Numbered from the stretch's first letter, positions 27,161-37,196 are shown. The stretch: 44,285 bases of DNA from an archaeon (GCA_043819075.1 JBDRFE010000019.1:1-44285); one strand, 5' to 3'. The notes: generated by a model not told the origin, from the sequence alone. Translations and numbers: made by a program.

Positions 27161-27196
27161 AATTGTACAAGTGTACAAAAATGTTTTTAAAGGTTT

Positions 27197-27943
27197 TTAT
27201 TCAAACAACGTCATTGAATACATTATTGCAATTCCTGCAATAAATGCAATAAAAAGCCCTAAAGATTTTTTTAATTCATATTCTTTATGGAGTTCAGGGA
27301 TTAAATCCGAACCTGCAATGTAAATAAAGTTTCCTGCGGCAAAAGGCAGCAGAAAAACAAGAATGTTTCCTGTTACAGAAGAAATTAATACAACTGCTGC
27401 TGCTCCAAGCACTGCAGTTAAAGCTGAAAGAAAGTTCATTAACAAAGCTTTTTTTCTGGTGAACCCGCTGTGGATTAATACCCCGAAGTCGCCTATTTCT
27501 TGGGGGATTTCATGGAAGATTACCGCAACAGTTGTTGCTATTCCTGTTGTAGTTCCTGCAATAAAGCTTCCTGCGATAATCATTCCGTCAATAAAGTTGT
27601 GTATTCCGTCTCCGATTAAGTTCATGTAGCCAAAGCTTTTGAGTTCGCATTTCCCTGAAGGAAACCCGTGGCAGTGATGCCAGTGAATGATTTTTTCTAT
27701 TATAAAAAAAACAATTATTCCTGATAAAAGGTAAAGGGAAACTTCTATTCCAAAACCGTTTTCTTTTACTGCTTCAGGAAGCAAGTGAATAAATGCTCCG
27801 CCGAATAATGAGCCTGCAGAAAAGCTTACTAAGTATAAAATTATTTTGCTTAAGAATTCCCTGTTCAATCCAATGCTGAATAATCCTATAAAAGAAATCA
27901 GGCTGACAATTATTACGCTTCCAAAAATATAAATTAAATCCAT
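27197..27943 (-). CDS. ZIP-family zinc/metal transporter
   Basis: HLLPEA, HWHHCH loop, GDGIHNFIDG, HEIPQEIGD, YIAGSDLIPEL. Confidence 0.93.
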   Translation of the reverse strand: MDLIYIFGSVIIVSLISFIGLFSIGLNREFLSKIILYLVSFSAGSLFGGAFIHLLPEAVKENGFGIEVSLYLLSGIIVFFIIEKIIHWHHCHGFPSGKCELKSFGYMNLIGDGIHNFIDGMIIAGSFIAGTTTGIATTVAVIFHEIPQEIGDFGVLIHSGFTRKKALLMNFLSALTAVLGAAAVVLISSVTGNILVFLLPFAAGNFIYIAGSDLIPELHKEYELKKSLGLFIAFIAGIAIMYSMTLFE

Positions 27944-27970
27944 GAATACTATTCTTGAAGGAAATTTAAT

Positions 27971-28759
27971 TTAATTGTTTGTATAAGAATAAAATACGAT
28001 TAAAATTCCTTTTTCATTCCTCAAGAATAACTGGTCTCTGGCGTTGTTCCAGACATTTCCTTTATTCCAGTATAATTCATTGCCTGAATCGGTTCCGGTT
28101 TTAGAGTAAACTCTTATAAAAGATTTTTCTTTCAGCCAGACTGCAGGAAAAAAATAAATGTTTGTGGCTTCGTCTTTTAAGTAAAATCCGTTCAAGTCAA
28201 TGGAATAACTGCAGTCATTGGAGAATTCAGCAAATTCTCCTGAAAAAGAGTTCTGGTTGAATTCAAGTTCAGATAATTTAATGCAGTTGTCTTTCGCGTA
28301 GTTTTCTGTTCCTTTTTTCCATAAACAGCCTGTGTTTTCTTTCATTGCAGTTTCCTGCAGTTTTTGCAGTTCAGGGAATTCCTGAATTGAATAATAGTGT
28401 GCTAAACCGTTTTCAACTAATTCTTTGTTGACTGATTTTCCTTCAAGGCAGATATTGCTTAAAGTTCTTCCGTATTGGTCTTTTTGGTTTCCCTGCACTA
28501 AAACAGTTTTTCCTAAAAGATTTGTTTCAAGGAATTCTTTTGCTTCTTCAAAACAGGCTTCTTTTTTTTCAGGTGTGTTGATTCCAATCAGCCTGATTTT
28601 TTCTTTTAAGGATGTTTCAATTGTGTCTCCGTCAATTATTCTTGAAACAAGAACCGTTTTTCCGTTTGAACAGCCAAAAGAGTCTTCTTTTTGAATGCAG
28701 GCTGATAAAAAAATTAAAAGAAAAAAGAAAAAGAAAATTAAATGCTTTTTTTTGTTCAC
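27971..28759 (-). CDS. Thermonuclease (SNase) lipoprotein with C-terminal lamin-tail-like domain
   Basis: Lipobox LSAC; IIDGDTI, IRLIGINTPE, DQYGRTL; C-part EFAEFSN...VWNNARD. Likely GTG start at 28759 overlapping the upstream stop. Confidence 0.85.
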   Translation of the reverse strand: MNKKKHLIFFFFFLLIFLSACIQKEDSFGCSNGKTVLVSRIIDGDTIETSLKEKIRLIGINTPEKKEACFEEAKEFLETNLLGKTVLVQGNQKDQYGRTLSNICLEGKSVNKELVENGLAHYYSIQEFPELQKLQETAMKENTGCLWKKGTENYAKDNCIKLSELEFNQNSFSGEFAEFSNDCSYSIDLNGFYLKDEATNIYFFPAVWLKEKSFIRVYSKTGTDSGNELYWNKGNVWNNARDQLFLRNEKGILIVFYSYTNN

Positions 28760-28953
28760 TTTTTTTTCATTGAACAACAGCATATCCCTGTTATGCTCAT
28801 TATTCCTACCACTACTGCAATTATTGGCCAGATTATTGCCAGATAAGGCATTGTCCATACATTAAAGTATGCAAGAAACCCTATTAATCCAATAACTATT
28901 AATGCTATTCCCTGGCAGTAACATTTTCCTGTGCAATTGCATGTTTCATTCAT
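28756..28953 (-). CDS. Small Cys-rich two-TM membrane protein (65 aa)
   Basis: SD GAGGTGG before ATG 28953; MNETCNCTGKCYC-TM-TM-CCCSMKKK. Confidence 0.65.
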   Translation of the reverse strand: MNETCNCTGKCYCQGIALIVIGLIGFLAYFNVWTMPYLAIIWPIIAVVVGIMSITGICCCSMKKK

Positions 28954-29078
28954 CGAACCACCTCTTCCAGAATAAAAGGAATTATTGTTATTAAATCTTT
29001 GTTTTTTTATTTTTGTATGAATTCTTTCCCCTGATCGCATTAAAGTTTTCTCTGTCAGCATGTTTTCATGCCGTAAAA

Positions 29079-30287
29079 TCATTGTTTCAGTTTTTTTAAT
29101 TCCAGTTCCTTGAACAGTTTAATGTAGTCCATTAAATGCCTTGTAATCAGGAAATTTTTTCTTACATGCTCTTTTCCTTGTTTGCCTAATTGTTTTCTCA
29201 GCTTTTCGTTTTTCAGCAATTTAACAGCCCTTTTTGCTGTGTCATCGGAATTATTGGTTAAGTAACCTGTTTTTCCGTCTAATACCTGCAGGGGAATTCC
29301 GCCTACTTTGCTTGCAATTACTGGCGTTTCTTTCCATAATGCTTCGCTTACAGTTAATGCAAATCCTTCTTTTATTGACCTCTGGAAAACTATTTCAGAG
29401 CTTCTCTGTAATGCGTTAACCAGAAAAGAATTGTTTTCTGTCAGCAATAAAACTGAGTCGTTTCCGTTGGCAAGTTTTTTTATTTTGTCGTAAATTTCTT
29501 TTCCTTCAGGGTCGTCGTCTGCAGTGTTTCCCAGCAATACAAGCCTGCAGTCAACTTCTTTTTTTATTTTTTCAAATGACTTTATCATTTCAGGAAAATC
29601 CTTCCATTTGTCAAACCTTGAAATCATTGAAATAATTGGCTTATCAAAGTCAACGCCTCTTTTTGAAAGAAATTTCCTGCATTTGCTTTCTTTTACTTCC
29701 TTGTTTTTTTCGTTTAATGGGTCAATTGAAGGATAAATTATGTAATGCGGTATTTTCAGTTTCTGCGCAAATTTTTCGTGTGAAAAAATTGCAGCGTCAT
29801 ATTTTTCTATGAACTGTTTTAGGTAATTCCATACTTCCCTGTTTGGATGCGATGAATCAAGATGAAATCTCCAAATCCAAGTGTGTTTTTTGTCGTAATA
29901 GTTTATTAACGGAACTGGCTGCGGGTCATGCACTATAACATAATCGTGGTCTTCTATGTGTTGGATGAATGCATTCCTTTCATTGTATTTTAAGTGAATT
30001 CTTTTTTTCATCGGGCTTAAATTAATTTTTTCCCCGTGCATTGCGTTATGGAATTTTTTTGTTATTTCAAAGAAATCCCAGGGGCCTGCAATAACCCTCC
30101 AGCCTGTTTTCAATCCAACGTCATTCATTAAGTAAACTAAGCTGTTAAGTATTTCTGCTACCCCCCCGCCATAATGAGTTGAATTAATGTGAACAAAATG
30201 CCTTGAACACAACGGAGTTGCTTCTTCAAAAATCCTGTTAACTTCTTTTTCGCCGATTATTTCAGAATATTTTTTTAAAAATTTCAT
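29079..30287 (-). CDS. treT: TreT-like trehalose synthase (GT4 glycosyltransferase)
   Basis: HINSTHYGGGVAEIL, TKKFHNA, HDPQP, WIWRFH, PSIDPL, SRFDKWKD, DDPEG, EGFALTVSEALWK. Confidence 0.88.
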   Translation of the reverse strand: MKFLKKYSEIIGEKEVNRIFEEATPLCSRHFVHINSTHYGGGVAEILNSLVYLMNDVGLKTGWRVIAGPWDFFEITKKFHNAMHGEKINLSPMKKRIHLKYNERNAFIQHIEDHDYVIVHDPQPVPLINYYDKKHTWIWRFHLDSSHPNREVWNYLKQFIEKYDAAIFSHEKFAQKLKIPHYIIYPSIDPLNEKNKEVKESKCRKFLSKRGVDFDKPIISMISRFDKWKDFPEMIKSFEKIKKEVDCRLVLLGNTADDDPEGKEIYDKIKKLANGNDSVLLLTENNSFLVNALQRSSEIVFQRSIKEGFALTVSEALWKETPVIASKVGGIPLQVLDGKTGYLTNNSDDTAKRAVKLLKNEKLRKQLGKQGKEHVRKNFLITRHLMDYIKLFKELELKKLKQ

Positions 30288-30373
30288 TTCATTTTTTTTA
30301 AGGATGGATATGTTTAAATTAATTGTCTATTTCAATTAACGAATGAAGCTTTTGATGAGGACGGCAAAATTAA

Positions 30374-31795
30374 ATGTTTTTTCCAGATAAAGGCAGGTTA
30401 ATTCTTGTTTCAAACAGAGAACCTTATTCTAATTACTTTCATAAAGAAAAAATTGTTTTGCAGTCAACCGGCGGAAGCCTTGTATCTGTTTTAGACCCTT
30501 TAATGCGTGAGGCAGGCAATACCTGGGTTGCATGGGGAAGCGGCAAAGCAGATTTTGAGGCAACTGATTCAAGCCAGAGAATAATGATTGGAAGCAAAAA
30601 AAATTCTTACTGGCTGAGAAGAATAAAGCTTTCAAAAAAAGAAGTAAACGAGTATTATATTGGTTTTTCTAACAGGACTTTATGGCCTTTAGTTCATTTA
30701 ATGACTGAAAAAGTGCAGTTCAATGAAAATTACTGGAAAACCTACAAAGAAGTAAATGAAAGGTTTGCAAACATTTCAGTTGAACAGTTCAGGAAAAACG
30801 ATTTTGTCTGGGTTCAGGACTATCAATTGTGTTTAGTTCCAAATTTAATCAGGAAAAAAAGAAAGAATGCAAGAATTGCATTTTTTTTCCATCTGCCCTG
30901 GCCTCCTTGGGATGTTTTCAGGATTCTTCCCCAGAAAAGGGAACTGCTGAAAGGAATCCTTGGAGCTGACTTAATTGGCTTTCATACAAAAAAGTATGCA
31001 AAAAATTTTTTGGATTGTGTGGCAACAGAGTTTAAGCTTAAGCCAAAAAAAGGTTCAGTTAAGTTTGAAGGCAGAAAAATTTCTGTTAAAGCTTTTCCTC
31101 TGGGAGTTGATTTTCAGGCATTGCAGAAAGCATCTGAATTAAAGAAATCAGTTGAAGTCCAGAAAGATATCAGGAAAAGCGTTAACTCTGAGTTCATGCT
31201 GTTAGGGGTTGACAGGCTTGATTATTCAAAAGGCATTCCAAACAAGTTAAGGGCTTTCAGATTGTTCCTTGAAAAATACCCGTCTTTCAGGAAAAAAGTT
31301 GTTTTAGTTCAGCTGATTACTCCTTCAAGGTCAAAGGCAAAAGAATACAAGGCATTAGAAGAAGAAATTGATTTCCTTGCAGGAGAAATAAACGGTGAAT
31401 ACCAGAAACTTTCTTGGATTCCAATCAGAAGCCTTGACAGGTTTGTTTCAAAAGAAAGATTAATTGGTTATTACCGTGCTGCAGACATTGCATTGGTTAC
31501 TCCTTTGATTGACGGAATGAACCTGGTTGCAAAAGAATTTATTGCAGCAAAAAAAGACAACAATGCTTCGCTTATTTTAAGTTCTTTTGCCGGGGCAGCA
31601 GAAGAATTAAAGAAAGCAATTTTAGTGAATCCATTCAATGAAAGTGAAGTGGCTGAAGCAATCCATAAAGCCATTGCAATGAAACCAGAACAAAAAAGAA
31701 AGAATTTTATGGCATTAAAAAAGTCAGTTGAAAAAAATAATATTTTTGTCTGGTTAAATGATTTTATTTCAGAGTGGAAGGAAATTTATTCTTAG
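30374..31795 (+). CDS. otsA: Trehalose-6-phosphate synthase (GT20)
   Basis: VSNREP, FSNRTLWP, VWVQDYQL, ADLIGFH, GVDRLDYSKGI, DGMNLVAKEF, VNPF. Confidence 0.95.
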   Translation: MFFPDKGRLILVSNREPYSNYFHKEKIVLQSTGGSLVSVLDPLMREAGNTWVAWGSGKADFEATDSSQRIMIGSKKNSYWLRRIKLSKKEVNEYYIGFSNRTLWPLVHLMTEKVQFNENYWKTYKEVNERFANISVEQFRKNDFVWVQDYQLCLVPNLIRKKRKNARIAFFFHLPWPPWDVFRILPQKRELLKGILGADLIGFHTKKYAKNFLDCVATEFKLKPKKGSVKFEGRKISVKAFPLGVDFQALQKASELKKSVEVQKDIRKSVNSEFMLLGVDRLDYSKGIPNKLRAFRLFLEKYPSFRKKVVLVQLITPSRSKAKEYKALEEEIDFLAGEINGEYQKLSWIPIRSLDRFVSKERLIGYYRAADIALVTPLIDGMNLVAKEFIAAKKDNNASLILSSFAGAAEELKKAILVNPFNESEVAEAIHKAIAMKPEQKRKNFMALKKSVEKNNIFVWLNDFISEWKEIYS

Positions 31796-31806
31796 AAGCT
31801 GATTAA

Positions 31807-32541
31807 ATGAAAGTATTCCTTTTCCTTGATTATGATGGTACGTTAGTTTCTTTTAAGCCAAGGCCAGAGCAGGCAAAGCCTGGAAAAAAACTTTTAAGGC
31901 TAATCAGAAAACTCTGCGTGAAAAAAAATTTTGTTGTTTCAGTTGTAAGCGGAAGGACAATGAAAGAACTTAAAGGCTTTCTTCCAATAAAAAATCTTGT
32001 TTTTGCTTCAAGCCACGGCACACAAATAAGTTTTCATTCAAAAAAAGAATTTGTTTTTTCAGGTGCACTAAAAGCTGTTCCTGTAATAAAAAAAATTGCT
32101 TTTCTTTCAGAAAAAAAGTTTTCTTCAGTTAAAGGGCTTTTATTGCAGGACAAGAAAACTGCTTTTGTACTGCATTACAGGAACGTTGAAAAAAAACTGC
32201 ATGTAAAACTAAAAACTGCTTTCAGGAAAATAGTTAAAGAAACTGACACAAAAAAACAGCTTGAATTAATTTCAGGCGCAATGGTTTTAGAGGCAAGGCC
32301 AAAGCACTGGAACAAGGGAAGCGCAGTAAAGTTAATTCTGAAAGAATTCAAGAGAAAGAAAAATGATTCAGTGTTTTATTTCGGAGACGATTTAACTGAC
32401 GAAGACGCTTTTAAGGCATTAAAAAAAGATTTTACTTTCCTTGTTTCACAGGAAAAAAAGAAATCAAATGCAGTCTTCAGGATAAAGCAGGATAAAGTAA
32501 TTCCTTTGCTCAGGCTTTTCTTAGGTTTTCCTAACCTTTAA
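31807..32541 (+). CDS. otsB: Trehalose-6-phosphate phosphatase (HAD)
   Basis: FLDYDGTL, VSGR, HYRN, EARP..WNKG, GDDLTDEDAF. Confidence 0.93.
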   Translation: MKVFLFLDYDGTLVSFKPRPEQAKPGKKLLRLIRKLCVKKNFVVSVVSGRTMKELKGFLPIKNLVFASSHGTQISFHSKKEFVFSGALKAVPVIKKIAFLSEKKFSSVKGLLLQDKKTAFVLHYRNVEKKLHVKLKTAFRKIVKETDTKKQLELISGAMVLEARPKHWNKGSAVKLILKEFKRKKNDSVFYFGDDLTDEDAFKALKKDFTFLVSQEKKKSNAVFRIKQDKVIPLLRLFLGFPNL

Positions 32542-32602
32542 TTGTTTTTCTTTTAAGGCATTTCTTTAAATTTTTATTCTCTTTCAGTTATTTAGGTTTT
32601 TA

Positions 32603-33820
32603 ATGCAGAGAAGGAAAAGCATTGCAGTTAAAGTAGGAAACATTGTTATTGGCGGCAACAATCCTGTTGTAATCCAGTCAATGACTAATACGCCTACAGA
32701 AGACGTTCAGGCAAGTGTTAAACAAGTCAAGGAATTAGCTGAAGCTGGAAGTGAATTAGTCAGGCTTACAGTCAAAGATGATGCTGGTGCAAAAGCAATT
32801 CCTTTAATCAAAAAACAGTTGCTTGATGAAGGATTTGAAGTTCCTTTAATCGGTGACTTTCATTACAACGGCCACATTCTTTTAACAAAATTTCCTGCGT
32901 GTGCGCAGGCATTAGACAAGTATAGAATTAATCCAGGTAACGTGGGTTTTGGCTCAAATCATGACGCTAATTTTGAGGCAATGGTTAAGGTTGCAATAGA
33001 CAACAACAAGCCTGTCAGAATAGGAGTCAACTGGGGTTCTTTAGACCAGCAGGTTTTATCAAAATTAATGGATGATAATTCAAGAAAAGGAAACATTAAA
33101 TCAAATGAAGAAATAGTGATTGATGCATTGGTTTCAAGTGCAATTGAAAGCGTTAAAAAAGCAAATGAACTTGGTTTATCAAACAAAAAAATTGTTGTTT
33201 CAACAAAGTCTTCCAGAGTGCCTGACATGGTTAAAACTTATTCAATGCTTGCAGAACAATGCGAGAATGCACTGCATTTAGGTGTCACTGAAGCAGGGCA
33301 GGGTTTGAAAGGAGCTGTTCATACTTCTGCTGGCTTAAGCATTTTATTGAATAAAGGGATTGGTGATACTATTCGAACTTCTTTGACTCCTGTTCCAGGC
33401 GTTAGCAGGACAGAAGAAGTAAAAATTTCCAGGCTGGTTTTGCAGAGCTTAAAGTTAAGGCATTTTGTTCCAGAAATTACTTCTTGCCCTGGTTGTGGAA
33501 GAACTACTAGTACGGTTTTTCAGGAAATTTCAATGGATGTTGAAAAGTTTTTGCAGAAAAAAACCCCTGAATGGAAGAAAAAAGGTTTCAAGGGCTTTGA
33601 AGAAATGGAGGTTGCTGTAATGGGCTGCATTGTTAACGGTCCAGGGGAAAGCAAGGCAGCAAACATTGGCTTAAGCCTGCCCGGAGCAGGAGAACAGCCT
33701 ACTGCACCGGTTTTTATTGACGGAAAACAGGTTAAAGTTTTGAAAGGAAACGCAAAACAGTTAACCTCTGATTTCATTAAATTAATTGAAGAATACGTTG
33801 AAAGCCATTACTCTAAATAA
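32603..33820 (+). CDS. ispG: (E)-4-hydroxy-3-methylbut-2-enyl-diphosphate synthase (MEP pathway)
   Basis: QSMTNT, GDFHYNG, RINPGN, RIGVNWGSL, HLGVTEAG, GIGDTIR, SCPGCGRT, AVMGCIVNGPGE. Confidence 0.96.
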   Translation: MQRRKSIAVKVGNIVIGGNNPVVIQSMTNTPTEDVQASVKQVKELAEAGSELVRLTVKDDAGAKAIPLIKKQLLDEGFEVPLIGDFHYNGHILLTKFPACAQALDKYRINPGNVGFGSNHDANFEAMVKVAIDNNKPVRIGVNWGSLDQQVLSKLMDDNSRKGNIKSNEEIVIDALVSSAIESVKKANELGLSNKKIVVSTKSSRVPDMVKTYSMLAEQCENALHLGVTEAGQGLKGAVHTSAGLSILLNKGIGDTIRTSLTPVPGVSRTEEVKISRLVLQSLKLRHFVPEITSCPGCGRTTSTVFQEISMDVEKFLQKKTPEWKKKGFKGFEEMEVAVMGCIVNGPGESKAANIGLSLPGAGEQPTAPVFIDGKQVKVLKGNAKQLTSDFIKLIEEYVESHYSK

Positions 33821-33886
33821 TTCGGCTATTGACGTAAAAATAGTTTTTTATACTTGTTCTACTACTTTTGTTTTAAGGTGGATTTA

Positions 33887-34105
33887 ATGGAGTACAAGGT
33901 TGTTTTGGCGCAGGATGCAGAAACCAAATGGTTTGTTGCAGAGGTTCCAGGTTTGCCTGGCTGTGTTTCCCAAGGAAAAACCAAAGCACAGGCATTAAAG
34001 AATGTCAAGGATGCAATTAAAGGTTATCTTGAAAGCCTGAAAAAGCATCCAGAAGAACTAATTTTTGAAAAAACAGTTGAAATTGCAGATGTTTCAGTGG
34101 CTTAA
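33887..34105 (+). CDS. hicB: HicB-family antitoxin
   Basis: FVAEVPGLPGCVSQGKTKAQALKNVKDAI; SD AGGTGG before ATG 33887. Confidence 0.9.
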   Translation: MEYKVVLAQDAETKWFVAEVPGLPGCVSQGKTKAQALKNVKDAIKGYLESLKKHPEELIFEKTVEIADVSVA

Positions 34106-34327
34106 ATGAAGCTTCCGGTTCTGTCAGGAATTAAAGTAATCAAGGCATTAAGGAAAGCTGGTTTTGAAGTTGACCATCAGACAGGAAGCCATTTTATTTT
34201 AAGGGAAAACAAAGTGCCTTTCAGAAGAGTGACTGTTCCAAACCACAAAGTTATTGTGCCCGGAACTATTGTTTCTATTTTAAGGCAGGCAGGCATTTCA
34301 AGAGAAGAATTTGCTGAATTGCTTTGA
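34106..34327 (+). CDS. hicA: HicA-family toxin (mRNA interferase)
   Basis: LRKAGF...QTGSH, VTVPNH, GT..SILRQAG. Confidence 0.9.
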   Translation: MKLPVLSGIKVIKALRKAGFEVDHQTGSHFILRENKVPFRRVTVPNHKVIVPGTIVSILRQAGISREEFAELL

Positions 34328-34330
34328 CTT

Positions 34331-35185
34331 TTATGCAGTGAATGCCTGTATTACTGTCTTGAATTCTTTTTTCAGCTTTAATGCAAGTTCTTCTGATTGT
34401 TTTTCTGTTTTTGGGAAACAGAATACAGTGCTTCCTGAGCCAGACATTAAAGCGTTAAAAGAATCTGGTTTCATTTTTTCTTTTAATTCCTTTATTTTTG
34501 GAAAAGCATTGAATACAGAGAACTCAAAATCATTGTGGATTAATTCAGCAAGTTCTTCAGTTATTTTTTTTTCTTCTATTGCTTTCTTCATTTTTCTTGA
34601 AGCCAAAACTTTTCCTGTTTTTTCATAGTTTATTTCAGAGTAAGCTTTTTTTGTTGAAACATGTATTCCGGGATTACAGATTAAAATTCTTGTTTTTGGA
34701 AAAGATTTTATTCCTTCAATTTTTTCTCCTCTTCCAGAAGCAAAACAAGTTCCTCCGTGCAAAAAGAATGCTACATCCATTCCAAGGCTTTCTGCAATTA
34801 ACTGCATTTCTTTTTCTTTCATTTCAAGTTCCCATAATTTGTTTAATCCTTTTATTGTTGCTGCTGCATTAGAACTTCCTCCGCCCATTCCGCCTGCAAC
34901 AGGAATTTTTTTTTCAATAAACGCTTCAATTCCTTTTTTTATCATTTTTTTTTCTTTTACAAGCTGAATGGCTTTCCATACAAGGTTTTTTTCATCCAAG
35001 GGGATTTCTTTTGAGTTTGAAGTGATTTTAATTAAATCTTTTTCTGTTTCTTTTAAAACAATTTTGTCTTTCAGGCTTATTTCCTGCATTACCATTTCTA
35101 ATTCATGATAGCCGTCGTCTCTTTTGCTGATAATGTCTAAAGTTAAATTAATTTTTGCAGGTGATGTAACTGAAATTTGTTTCAT
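34331..35185 (-). CDS. ispE: 4-diphosphocytidyl-2-C-methyl-D-erythritol kinase (MEP pathway, GHMP)
   Basis: PAKINLTL, DGYHEL, KKIPVAGGMGGGSSNAA, LGMDVAFF, GRGE, VST, NDFE, MSGSGS. Confidence 0.93.
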   Translation of the reverse strand: MKQISVTSPAKINLTLDIISKRDDGYHELEMVMQEISLKDKIVLKETEKDLIKITSNSKEIPLDEKNLVWKAIQLVKEKKMIKKGIEAFIEKKIPVAGGMGGGSSNAAATIKGLNKLWELEMKEKEMQLIAESLGMDVAFFLHGGTCFASGRGEKIEGIKSFPKTRILICNPGIHVSTKKAYSEINYEKTGKVLASRKMKKAIEEKKITEELAELIHNDFEFSVFNAFPKIKELKEKMKPDSFNALMSGSGSTVFCFPKTEKQSEELALKLKKEFKTVIQAFTA

Positions 35186-35814
35186 TCAATCACTCTTGCG
35201 TCAACTGCAATGACTTCTTTTGTGTTTGCAATTAATGGATTGATGTCCAGTTCCTTTATTTTTTCTTTCATCATCAGAGAATTTACTTTCATTAAAGTGT
35301 TTTCTATTTCTTTTAAGTTAACGCTTTTTTCCCCTCTCAAGCCTTTCAGGATTGGGTAGCCTTTTATTTCTGAAATCATTTCTTTTGCATCTTCCCTTGA
35401 AATAGGGCAGATTCTTATTGAAACATCTTTCATTAATTCAACAAAAATTCCTCCTAACCCAAACAGTATTGTTGGCCCGAACTGGCTGTCAATTTTTCCT
35501 CCGATAATAATTTGTTTTCCTTCAATAAATTTTTGCACGAATACTCCGTCAATTACTGCTTTTGGAGCATTTTTTTTCACGTTCCTTAAAATCAATGCAT
35601 ATTTTTCTTCTGCCTGTTTTGCAGTATGAATATTCAATTGCACTCCACCTGCATCGGTTTTATGTGAAATGTCTTTTGAAACCACTTTAAGCGTTAAAGG
35701 AAAACCGATTTTTTTTGCCGCCTGAATTAATTCTTTCCTGTTTTTAACTGTTTTTCCTTCAACAAATTTTATTTTATATTTTTCAATTAATTTTTTTGAT
35801 TCAATGAAATCCAT
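35182..35814 (-). CDS. acdB: ADP-forming acetate--CoA ligase beta subunit (ATP-grasp)
   Basis: GFPLTLKVVS..HKTDAGGV, FGPTILFGLGGIFVE, ELDINPL, VDAR. Confidence 0.88.
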   Translation of the reverse strand: MDFIESKKLIEKYKIKFVEGKTVKNRKELIQAAKKIGFPLTLKVVSKDISHKTDAGGVQLNIHTAKQAEEKYALILRNVKKNAPKAVIDGVFVQKFIEGKQIIIGGKIDSQFGPTILFGLGGIFVELMKDVSIRICPISREDAKEMISEIKGYPILKGLRGEKSVNLKEIENTLMKVNSLMMKEKIKELDINPLIANTKEVIAVDARVIE

Positions 35815-35927
35815 TTACATCAATTGATTAATGTGTTTTAGTTAATTTAAATTTTGTGTAAAAAAGCACTTCTATTTTAAATTGAATCCTGCTTTTTTTA
35901 TTTAAATACTGTGTTAGAGGTAATTTG

Positions 35928-37196
35928 ATGGCTGGATTAACTGCTTTGGGTGCTGCAAGAGAAGTTGGAAGAAGCTCTTTTTTACTTGATGTAGGCGAAA
36001 AAATTTTGTTGGACAGAGGAGTAAAACTGGGAAAAAACTTAATTGAGTATCCTTTGCCTGTGAAAACAAATTTGGATGCTGTAGTGATTTCTCATGCTCA
36101 CTTGGACCATTCCGGCGCTTTACCTGAATTATTCAGGGAATCAAATTCTTTTGTTTACATGACTTTGCCTACTTTAGAGTTAAGCAAAGTTTTATGGCAG
36201 GATTCAATTAAGATTGCGAAATCTGAAGGAGTTGAGCCGGCTTTTACAAAAAATGATGTTGATAACGCGGAAAAATACACTTTTACTCTGCCTTACAGGA
36301 AAAAAATTAATTTATCTAATAATGAATCAACTTCAGTTGAATTGTTTGATGCAGGGCATATCTTGGGTTCTTCTATTGTGAGAATTAATTCATCCCAAAA
36401 AGATGTTGTTTATTCAGGTGACTTTAAGTTAGAGGAAACAAGAATGTTTAATGGAGCAGACAAAAGAATAGGCAAAGCAGATGTTCTTGTAATTGAGTCA
36501 ACTTACGGTGACAGGGGTCATGCTGAAAGAAAGGAATTAGAGAAAGAGTTTGTTGAAGAAATTCAGAGGACTGTTGACAGCGGAGGCTTTGCAATGGTGC
36601 CTGCTTTTGCTGTTGGAAGAAGCCAGGAAATAATTGACATATTGTATGAAAACAAGATTAATGCGCCAATTTTTTTTGACGGAATGGGCCAAAAAGTTGC
36701 AAGAATTACTTTAGAGTTCCCGGAGAATTTGAAGAATCCTAAAACATTGGGAAAAGCATTGCATTCAGTGAACTGGGTTAAAAAAAACAAGAGAAATCCT
36801 GTATTAAAAGAGCCTTCAGTTATTGTTACTTCAGCTGGAATGCTTGAAGGCGGGCCAATAATGTGGTATTTAAGAAAATTGTTCAGGGACCCTAAATCAA
36901 AGATTTTTTTGACCGGCTACCAGGTTGAAGGAACAAACGGAAGAAAACTTCTTGAAAGCAAAACAGTTAACCTTGATGAAGGGCCTGTAAAGGTTTTGAA
37001 TAAAGTCCAGCAGTTTGATTTTTCTGCTCATGCCTCTCAGGATGAATTAATTGAGTTAGCAAAAATAGTTGAGCCAGAATTAGTTGTCTGTGTTCACGGA
37101 GATTACGATGTAATCAAGGTTTTTCAGAAAACGCTTAAAAACGAGGGCTTTGATTCTGTTGCGCCAAAACTGGGCCAGGAAATAAAGTTTGATTGA
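35928..37196 (+). CDS. Beta-CASP metallo-beta-lactamase ribonuclease (aCPSF family, no KH domains)
   Basis: GAAREVGRS, SHAHLDHSG, AGHILGS, SGD, ESTYG, PAFAVGRSQE, GYQVEGT, FSAHA, VHG. Confidence 0.92.
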   Translation: MAGLTALGAAREVGRSSFLLDVGEKILLDRGVKLGKNLIEYPLPVKTNLDAVVISHAHLDHSGALPELFRESNSFVYMTLPTLELSKVLWQDSIKIAKSEGVEPAFTKNDVDNAEKYTFTLPYRKKINLSNNESTSVELFDAGHILGSSIVRINSSQKDVVYSGDFKLEETRMFNGADKRIGKADVLVIESTYGDRGHAERKELEKEFVEEIQRTVDSGGFAMVPAFAVGRSQEIIDILYENKINAPIFFDGMGQKVARITLEFPENLKNPKTLGKALHSVNWVKKNKRNPVLKEPSVIVTSAGMLEGGPIMWYLRKLFRDPKSKIFLTGYQVEGTNGRKLLESKTVNLDEGPVKVLNKVQQFDFSAHASQDELIELAKIVEPELVVCVHGDYDVIKVFQKTLKNEGFDSVAPKLGQEIKFD

